From assembly GCA_963718845.1 (NCBI GenBank), contig CAVRAD010000013.1, positions 9,893 through 73,892 of the forward strand: a DNA stretch of 64,000 nt, given 5' to 3'. The stretch is from an uncultured Acidobacteriota bacterium (GTDB lineage Bacteria; Acidobacteriota; UBA6911). Positions 57,551-64,000 of this stretch are shown piece after piece (position 1 is the first letter of the stretch; each line of letters opens with the position of its first letter). The position numbers were made by a program, and so were the translations under genes. A model generated the notes under the pieces. That model ran no database searches and was not told the DNA's origin. It was given only the letters and a program-made list of their open reading frames with translations.

Positions 57551-58780
57551 TTATTCAAGTACACCTGCAGCAAGAAGCTCTATGAACTCTTCATCCGTCT
57601 TGCCCAGGATCTTCGTTAAAACATATTCGTTGTGTTCGCCCATGCACGGGCTTGGCGCTGACGCGCGCGCCGGCGTCTCTGACAAAACCATGCTTGCTCC
57701 GAGATGCGTGAACATGCCAATCTCGCTGTGCTCCATCGGCCAGAAAAGACCGCGCGCACGCAACTGGGGATCCTCAAAAAGGTCGGCGGAGTTTTCGACT
57801 ATCCCCGCGGGAACGCCTGCCGCCTGCAAGGAAGTCATCACGTCATCCGGCACCCGATCGATCGTCCACGCTTCGATCAAAGCATCCAAAGCCGTTTCAT
57901 TTTCTTTCCTGTGCTGCAGCGTGTCGAACCGCGGGTCAGTCGCCAGCTCCGGTTTGCCAATCAACTTGCACAGTGCCATCCATTGAGACTCGCTGGTTGC
58001 GGTGATAGTGCACCAGCGCTCCTCGCCTTTGCAGGGATACACGTTGTGCGGAGCGGCCCAACTCACGGCATTGCCGCTGCGAACAGGTTCACGGTCATTA
58101 ACCGCAGTGTCGAGAAGACCCGGCAACAGGAAATACAGCGCCGTTTCAAACTGCGCCAGGTCGATACGCTGGCCTTTCCCCGTCCTGTCGCGATAATCCA
58201 AGGCAGCAATAAGAGCGGCGGAGGCAAAACGCGGACTGATGCAGTCTGTATAGGCACCCACTCCCACAGGCAGCGGCCCTCTGTCCGGCCATCCGATGTA
58301 ATTGGGTATTCCGGCGATCGCCGCGAGGATCATCCCAAAGGCTGCCAGATTCTTGTACGGGCCCTCGGTGCCGAATCCATTTTGCCGCACCATGATGATG
58401 TCCGGGTTGATGCTCGTCAGCGCTTCGTAGCCAAGCCCCCATTTATCCATGACACCCGGCGTAAAGTTTTCCATCACAACATCCGCCCAGCCAATCAGCT
58501 CTTTCGCCACACCCATGCCCTGGGGGGTTGTCATGTTCAGCGACAGGCTCATCATGTTCGCGCTGAAGTGATTAAAATACCCACTGCGATTGAGCCCGGC
58601 GACATTGTCCTTGAAGGGCGCAGACGTTCTTGTGACGCAGGGACGCGTGCTCGTTTCCACGCGCACAACCGTCGCGCCGTAATCGGCAAAAAATTTCAGT
58701 GTCAGCGGGCCTACCATGGCCCAGCTAAACGCCGCGATCTTCAGATCCTCGAAAACTCTCTTCCCCATTTGTTCCTTCAT
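57551..58780 (-). CDS. CaiB/BaiF family III CoA-transferase
   Basis: The start is ATG 58780 or 58768. Motifs GPLTLKFFADYGATVVRVE, NRSGYFNHFSANMMS and ENFTPGVMDKWGLGYE. Confidence 0.85.
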   Translation of the reverse strand: MKEQMGKRVFEDLKIAAFSWAMVGPLTLKFFADYGATVVRVETSTRPCVTRTSAPFKDNVAGLNRSGYFNHFSANMMSLSLNMTTPQGMGVAKELIGWADVVMENFTPGVMDKWGLGYEALTSINPDIIMVRQNGFGTEGPYKNLAAFGMILAAIAGIPNYIGWPDRGPLPVGVGAYTDCISPRFASAALIAALDYRDRTGKGQRIDLAQFETALYFLLPGLLDTAVNDREPVRSGNAVSWAAPHNVYPCKGEERWCTITATSESQWMALCKLIGKPELATDPRFDTLQHRKENETALDALIEAWTIDRVPDDVMTSLQAAGVPAGIVENSADLFEDPQLRARGLFWPMEHSEIGMFTHLGASMVLSETPARASAPSPCMGEHNEYVLTKILGKTDEEFIELLAAGVLE

Positions 58781-58789
58781 TTCTCTTCC

Positions 58790-58893
58790 AAGGATCAAAG
58801 GATTAAAGGATTAGAGGATCAAAGGGAAAGAAGTATGAACCACTTCTTCCCTTTACCCCTTTAATCCTCGGATCCTTTAATCCTTTAATCCTT
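58790..58893. repeat. Imperfect ~45-50-nt inverted repeat of aaggatt-type units in OYE-CoA-transferase gap
   Basis: aaggatcaaaggattaaaggattagaggatcaaagggaaagaagt pairs with acttcttccctttacccctttaatcctcggatcctttaatcctttaatcctt. Confidence 0.8.
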
Positions 58894-58895
58894 CT

Positions 58896-60986
58896 TCACA
58901 CCTCACGGGCTGTACGCAGACCGGTGCCGATGGCATCCGCAATCAGCAGCGGCTCTCGGCAATCGCCGATGGCATAGACTTCGGGGACTTTTGCCTTTAG
59001 GCTGCTGAGCAGCTCGTCATTGGGCGTCAACGGCAGTGCCGTCGCGATGCTGTCTGCTTCGATCGTCTGCGTTTTGCCGTCACTCGTAATGATAGTTAGG
59101 CCTTTGCCGGTAATTTCGACGTATTCCTTGACGCCGCTGATCAGGGTTACGCCCTCTTTCCTAAACCACATCAACAGGTTAGACAGCAACGCATCGACCA
59201 TGCCTTCACCGATCATTGGCTTGGTTTCAACGACCGTGACTTTGCGGCCCCGCTTGGTAAGAAATTCGGCAAGCTCGCAACCCTGAATCGCTCCGCCGAT
59301 GACAATGACGCTTTTACCCATTGGCATATATAGCTTGGTCAGCGTTCTCAGCATTTCCGGCTTAAAAAACTTCAGGGCGAACTTCAGTTGACGGTGCAGA
59401 GCGACGCCGCTGATTACGTTAGGCTTGTCGATGCCAGGAATCTTCGGAACCGTTGAAGTGCCACCCGTGGCCAGGAAAACAACATCCGGCTTGATCCTGT
59501 CAACAACCGCGAGATCCGCCTCAGTCCCGAGTTCCACCTTTACGCCGAGTTTGGCAAGCTGCCGCGAGAAATAGTTGGTGATAAGCGACAGATCTTCGGG
59601 ACGAGAGCCCTTTACTATCGCGGCGAGCGGCATCAATCCGCCAAGCATGGTTGACTTCTCATAGAGAGTTACGTCATGGCCACGGAGCGCGGCGACTCTC
59701 GCGGCCGACATGCCACCCGGCCCGCCACCGATCACAAGGACTTTTTTCTTCGCCGGCGCCTTTTCGATAGTGTTGTACGGCGTGCCCAACAAGCCGTTGA
59801 TTCTGCATCGGCGGCTTCCCAGGCAGTTATCGCAGCCTGTGCACGGCTGGATATCGTCCACGCGTCCTTCGGCAAGCTTCTTCGGATAATCCGGGTCGGC
59901 CAGAAGACGACGAGTCATTGCGATAAAATCCACCTTCCCTTCCCGGAGAATTCTTTCTCCAAGGTCCGCGTCGAGTTTCCCCACCACGGTAACGGGAATA
60001 GATACGGCGCTCTTGATTCCGGCGGCGGCGGGAATATTGGCGCCCACGCCAAGATCACTTGCGTTGTATGCTTGTGGAAAATTCTCAATCGGTATGGGAG
60101 GCGCCGGGTAGAAAAGCGAGTCAGGAAGATACGCGCCGACGTGATATCCCAGAAAATGACTTCTGACCTGAATCGCGTCTGCGCCCGCTGCCTGCAAACA
60201 CTTGGCTATTTCCCGGGCGTCTTCATGCGTCAGGCATTCGCTGTCCGGAACGCCAATGGCCTGGCCCATTTCAACGCCATTTAGGATAATCGATACCGGA
60301 AAGTCATTCCCCGCGCGCTTTTTGATTTCCCGTATAACGTCCATCGCGAAGCGAGCCCGGTTCTCGATGCTTCCGCCGTAGTTATCCGTGCGCTTGTTCC
60401 AGAAAGGAGAAAAGAAATTATGCAGCAGATGGCTGCTGGCAGCGTTGATGTCCACGCCGTCGAATCCCGCCTTGCGAGCACGGAGAGCAGCGCTGGCGAA
60501 TTTGTCCACGATTTCCTGGATTTCTCCGACGGTAAGCGGGTGGGGCTTTTCCGCGTGAAAGTCGCCTTCAAACTCGAAACTGACGGCAGATGCGCCGATG
60601 GGCGGGCCGTCGTACATCGGCTCGGGCACGAAAGGAAGCTTTACCTGCCACGGCCCGTCGTGGTTCATCTGCATAAAGGTCGGGCAGCCATGTTTGTGGA
60701 TTATGGAGGTTAGCTCACTGAGTCCCTGGATATATTTGTCATCGTCGATGCGATAACGCTCTTTCCATCGTACGCCCCGGGGGTAATCAATTGTCGGCGA
60801 TTCCACGATCAGGAGACCGACGCCGCCTCTCGCAATACCCTCGTAAAACGCCATGACTTCCGGGCGCATATGCAGGTCATCCTGGTGCCACATGAGCATG
60901 CCGGCGCCTGATTTGACGATGCGATTTCTGGTTTTTACCGACCCTATGCGGCCAGGCTCGAGGAGTTTTTCATATTTTGGATTCAT
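58896..60986 (-). CDS. OYE-like NADH:flavin oxidoreductase fused to FAD/NAD(P)-binding domain (2,4-dienoyl-CoA/enoate reductase-like)
   Basis: Starts at ATG 60986 (GTG 61001 is also possible). The TIM-barrel OYE part contains HDGPWQ and GFDGVDINAA. The FeS motif is CTGCDNCLGSRRC, followed by VLVIGGGPGGMSAA. Confidence 0.85.
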   Translation of the reverse strand: MNPKYEKLLEPGRIGSVKTRNRIVKSGAGMLMWHQDDLHMRPEVMAFYEGIARGGVGLLIVESPTIDYPRGVRWKERYRIDDDKYIQGLSELTSIIHKHGCPTFMQMNHDGPWQVKLPFVPEPMYDGPPIGASAVSFEFEGDFHAEKPHPLTVGEIQEIVDKFASAALRARKAGFDGVDINAASSHLLHNFFSPFWNKRTDNYGGSIENRARFAMDVIREIKKRAGNDFPVSIILNGVEMGQAIGVPDSECLTHEDAREIAKCLQAAGADAIQVRSHFLGYHVGAYLPDSLFYPAPPIPIENFPQAYNASDLGVGANIPAAAGIKSAVSIPVTVVGKLDADLGERILREGKVDFIAMTRRLLADPDYPKKLAEGRVDDIQPCTGCDNCLGSRRCRINGLLGTPYNTIEKAPAKKKVLVIGGGPGGMSAARVAALRGHDVTLYEKSTMLGGLMPLAAIVKGSRPEDLSLITNYFSRQLAKLGVKVELGTEADLAVVDRIKPDVVFLATGGTSTVPKIPGIDKPNVISGVALHRQLKFALKFFKPEMLRTLTKLYMPMGKSVIVIGGAIQGCELAEFLTKRGRKVTVVETKPMIGEGMVDALLSNLLMWFRKEGVTLISGVKEYVEITGKGLTIITSDGKTQTIEADSIATALPLTPNDELLSSLKAKVPEVYAIGDCREPLLIADAIGTGLRTAREV

Positions 60987-61008
60987 GCTTACGCCTTTCA
61001 CTTTATAC

Positions 61009-61132
61009 CCTTCGGAGTGCGGCAGCTTGCTGCCGCTTTATGAGTTCCCGGTTTGCAGGTATCCTGCAAATAAAAACTGGGAACTGGAAACTCTAAACTC
61101 CAAAGCGGCAGCAAGCTGCCGCACTCCGAAGG
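61009..61132. repeat. REP-like element: perfect 31-nt inverted arms, each with an internal 8-bp hairpin
   Basis: ccttcggagtgcggcagcttgctgccgcttt (61009-61039) pairs with aaagcggcagcaagctgccgcactccgaagg (61102-61132). The same unit occurs at 38849-38956. Confidence 0.9.
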
Positions 61133-62380
61133 ATTCTAAATAACTCCAGAATTCTCAGCAATTCGAGCTTTTCCATCGACAGTCCCAATTCGCCGTAGAT
61201 CTCGGCGTTGTGCTCGCCGATGAGGGGCGCCCGGGAGCGCGTCGCCATCTCATTTTCCGAAGATCGCGCGAACTGTTTCGGATACGGGATAGTCATCCGT
61301 AACTCCGGATGCTCGATCGGCGCCCAGAAGTTTCTCGCCGCGAGGTTGGGATCGTTGAGGAGGTCATGGTTGCCCATCAGCGGACAGATGGAGATGTTTC
61401 TCGACATCGCCGCATCCAGGGCTTCCTTCTTGGTCCGCGTCTTGAAGAATTCGGCGATCGGCTGCGAAATTCGGTCTATCAGTTCCTGCGTGGCGCTAGC
61501 CATATCAAACTTTTCCCATTCATAGGTCAGAAGGAATTCATTGGCCATGCCCTCTTCCTGCATCCATTTCACCAACTGGCGGCAGGTCTTTGCGCCCTGC
61601 TGCCCGCCGATCATGAAGAAAAATACGAATCCGTCTTTGCACGGCCATACCTGCCGCTGCAAAGTACCCCGACTGCTTGTGCGAAAGGTGCCCACCCTGC
61701 CGAGGACGAGCTTGTCGATTTCCCAGTGAGGCACGGTCTGGGCCAGGAACCACGCGGCGCTCTGCTGCATGGAAACATCCACATGCTGCCCTTCCTCCGT
61801 CATCCTTCTATGATGATGGGCAAGCATCGAACCCACGGCCGCGTCCGCGCCCGCATGCAGGCATGCCTGCGGCACGCTCAAATTCACCGGCCTGCGATCC
61901 GAATCACCGGTCATGAAAAGCTCGCCGGACATTCCCATGACCACGAGGTCGGAAGCTTGATAGTGGCGGTAGGGACCTTTCTGGCCAAAGGGAGTGATCG
62001 AGGTGAGGATGATATCCTTTTTAATACGGCGCAGTTCCGAATAGCCGAGTCCCAGTCCTGTCCATTTCTCCCGGCGCAAATGATTCGATAACAAAATGAG
62101 CCGTTTTAACCAGATCGCGGAATAGGCGCTTCCCTTCCTCTGTTTCCAGATTGAGCGTAATTCCACGCTTGCTGCTGTTGTATGAAAACCAGTACAGGCT
62201 TTTTTCCGGATCGACCTCGTCATGCCAGAAGGGCCCGATATTGCGAGCAGCGTCGCCCCCGGGCCTTTCCACTTTTATGACGTCGACACCCAGTTCAGCC
62301 AGGATCTTGCCGCACAAAAAACCCTTTTCATCCGTCAGATCCAGGGCGCGATATCCTTCCAGCATTCTTGTACGCGTCAT
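61093..62380 (-). pseudogene. CaiB/BaiF family III CoA-transferase, one frameshift; 3' end runs into a repeat
   Basis: ATG 62380 gives MTRTRMLEGYRALDLTDEKGFLCGKILAELGVDVIKVERP. Removing the base at 62056 restores PGEMDRLGLGYSEL. The last ~13 codons (RSAAACCRFGV) are encoded by the repeat arm. Confidence 0.8.
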
Positions 62381-62385
62381 GGCTG

Positions 62386-62809
62386 CTAGGCTTTCCCTTT
62401 GGCTTTCAAATCGGCCCAAAGATCCGCAATGGCCGCTTTCACATCAGAGGCAGGCGGATATACACGGTCAAATCCCAGATTCTTGAACCTCACTTCGTCG
62501 TTCTCAAAGTCATGCTTTCCGACGCCGAGATTCCCGCCGATGTAAAGGATCACGTCATTCAGGCCCGCTGCGATGCAGCTTGTCTCTAAATCCCTGCACA
62601 TCGTTCTCCCCCATCCCATAAAGCGAACTCATGAGGATAGCGTCTGCCTTGTTCTCAAGAGCGGCCTTGATGAACTCCTCCGGGGGAGTCAGGATTCCCA
62701 ATTCCACAACATTGAATCCGGCATCACGCAAAGCGCGAGACAAAATTTTCGTTCCAATCACATGAGCGTCCCTGCCCACCGTTCCTGTCACTACCGTTGG
62801 ATTAGTCAC
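62386..62809 (-). pseudogene. glmS: Methylaspartate (glutamate) mutase S subunit-like B12-binding protein, one frameshift
   Basis: GTG 62809 follows AAGGAG. Motifs GRDAHVIGTKIL (DxHxxG) and SSLYG. Removing one base near 62578 gives FRDKCIAAGLNDVILYIGGNL. Confidence 0.8.
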
Positions 62810-62866
62810 AATTGCAATTCTCCTTCACTGAAATTAGCGATCCTTCTGCTCGACTTCGGGATAAAC

Positions 62867-62922
62867 CAGAATTCAGGAGTCCGAATATAAAAGCATCGAC
62901 TCAATCCTTCTTCTGAATTCTG
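62867..62922. repeat. Weaker inverted repeat (13 bp with one G-U) in glmE-glmS gap
   Basis: cagaattcaggag (62867-62879) pairs with cttctgaattctg (62910-62922). Confidence 0.5.
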
Positions 62923-62943
62923 CCTCCTGTCTTCTGTCTTCTT

Positions 62944-64000
62944 TTAAGGTTTCCCGATCAACTGGCCCTTGCTGAACGCCCAGAAGTCTTGAACGAAAGC
63001 TTCGTAATCCATTTTCCTGCCTTCGTTTTTTTCCCTCTCGGCCACCTTCTCCCGGTGAAATTTTTTGACTTCTTCAGGCAGCGGAAGATTACCGAAATCG
63101 AGATAACGAATGGCGCCTTTGCTGTCCTTGATGCCCATTACTTTATCTCGAACCTGCTTATTGGGACTGAAGCAGGAATCCAAAAAGCCCTCTTCCACGC
63201 ATTTAATGCAGCCCACGATGATGTCGCCGTTGCCCACCTCAAGGATCTTGTCCAAAAGGGCCCGTATTTCGAGTTCGGCGATATGGGCTTCTTCGTCGAC
63301 CTCCTTCATCTCAAATTTGATCTGCTGGCCACGGATGACATTGAGGAGCCAGTTTGTGGATTCGTAACTGAGCCCATGCGATTCTTCCGTAGGGATGCCG
63401 AGGGCCTCATCGATGGTCCTCACCGAAACGGCTTCCGCATTCCCGAGCGCAGCTACAACTGCCGTGTAGTTTGGAAACGCAAAGGCGCCCCCCATCCCCT
63501 GAGGCATGGGGAAAAGAGGCGTATGCTGCGCGAAAACGCCGGCGATCATTACATCCGCGTACCCGAGCTTGTCGAGATACTCGCGCATTAATTTTGGAGT
63601 CACGCGGATCCATGCCAGATCCTGCGCCATGTTGCCCATCAGGTGAACGACGGACGTAATGCTCTTTCCTCCCTGTTCGGCGACCATCAATGCATCCACG
63701 ATGGTGGTTGCGAGGTTCACAGTCATCGGCTGCATGCCTGTGAGAATCCATCCATGATTGTCAGTGGAAATAGTGACGCCGCGGTCGGCATAATAGCCGA
63801 TGAGCCGGTGGACATACTGGTTTGTGGCCATGGACTGCTCCAGCGTCGCATCCTTTTCGTACGCTGCCCATGAGATAAACGAAGACGCGGCGATTCCGGT
63901 CATGCCGGCCGCGAATGAGATTTCCGTTGCCAACGGATACGATTTCAGAGAAAGCCTGGGATTGAAGGCGCCCTGGTCGACACTCTCGATGATTCTTCTT
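62944..64000 (-). CDS. glmE: Methylaspartate (glutamate) mutase E subunit-like protein, N-terminus outside window
   Basis: The frame is open to the window edge. The C-terminus IRYLDFGNLPLPEEVKKFHREKVAEREKNEGR...SKGQLIGKP parallels the clostridial GlmE tail as I recall it. Confidence 0.75.
   Translation of the reverse strand, partial: RRIIESVDQGAFNPRLSLKSYPLATEISFAAGMTGIAASSFISWAAYEKDATLEQSMATNQYVHRLIGYYADRGVTISTDNHGWILTGMQPMTVNLATTIVDALMVAEQGGKSITSVVHLMGNMAQDLAWIRVTPKLMREYLDKLGYADVMIAGVFAQHTPLFPMPQGMGGAFAFPNYTAVVAALGNAEAVSVRTIDEALGIPTEESHGLSYESTNWLLNVIRGQQIKFEMKEVDEEAHIAELEIRALLDKILEVGNGDIIVGCIKCVEEGFLDSCFSPNKQVRDKVMGIKDSKGAIRYLDFGNLPLPEEVKKFHREKVAEREKNEGRKMDYEAFVQDFWAFSKGQLIGKP

Noticed and set aside
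57704-58864. A 386-aa plus-strand ORF opposite the CoA-transferase. Similar long antisense ORFs lie at 22879-23844, 35035-36448, 55733-56464, 56690-57415, 59676-60284, 61309-62091 and 62989-63591.
   Set aside because: All lie antisense to genes with strong family motifs. This is a typical artefact of stop-codon-poor GC-rich DNA.
56591-58893. The short tandem units (gattcca x3, aaggatt-type x several) were considered as a possible CRISPR or tandem-repeat array.
   Set aside because: The units are 7 nt, contiguous and arranged as two inverted halves of a hairpin. There is no repeat-spacer periodicity and no cas genes.

Overview
This is a gene-dense, moderately GC-rich chromosomal window with no rRNA, tRNA, CRISPR array, transposase or integrase that I could see.

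Gene content, in order:
- The 3' end of an AmmeMemoRadiSam locus: radical SAM tail, a fused Memo-AMMECR1 gene and a coupled membrane aminopropyltransferase-like gene.
- A five-gene set resembling the bacterial ceramide pathway: SDR reductase, fatty acyl-AMP ligase, ACP, serine palmitoyltransferase-like synthase, and a convergent GNAT-like gene.
- An RCK potassium channel and a lone DUF262 gene.
- A Tat-signal ferredoxin plus an aldehyde:ferredoxin oxidoreductase (AOR).
- A central-metabolism block: gltA, two MDH-family genes, GTP-PEPCK and an aminotransferase.
- ExeA/GspB.
- A likely selenoprotein with an in-frame TGA in a UxxC motif followed by a SECIS-like hairpin.
- A more A/T-rich islet carrying a TIR-like gene.
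- A module of ECF sigma factor, histidine kinase and sigma-54 activator.
- A three-subunit molybdenum hydroxylase operon whose FAD subunit carries a nested GltD-like module.
- A minus-strand catabolic cluster: methylaspartate-mutase-like GlmE/GlmS, two family III CoA-transferases, an OYE/FadH-like reductase, a crotonase, a PrpD-family protein and an SDR.

Two window-wide signals stand out:
- Long inverted repeats fill almost every intercistronic gap of the catabolic cluster. A REP-like repeat family is also present at two loci.
- At least a dozen single-nucleotide indels break conserved genes. This means either an error-prone assembly or real gene decay.

Functional calls rest on motif recognition by eye. 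No database search was run.
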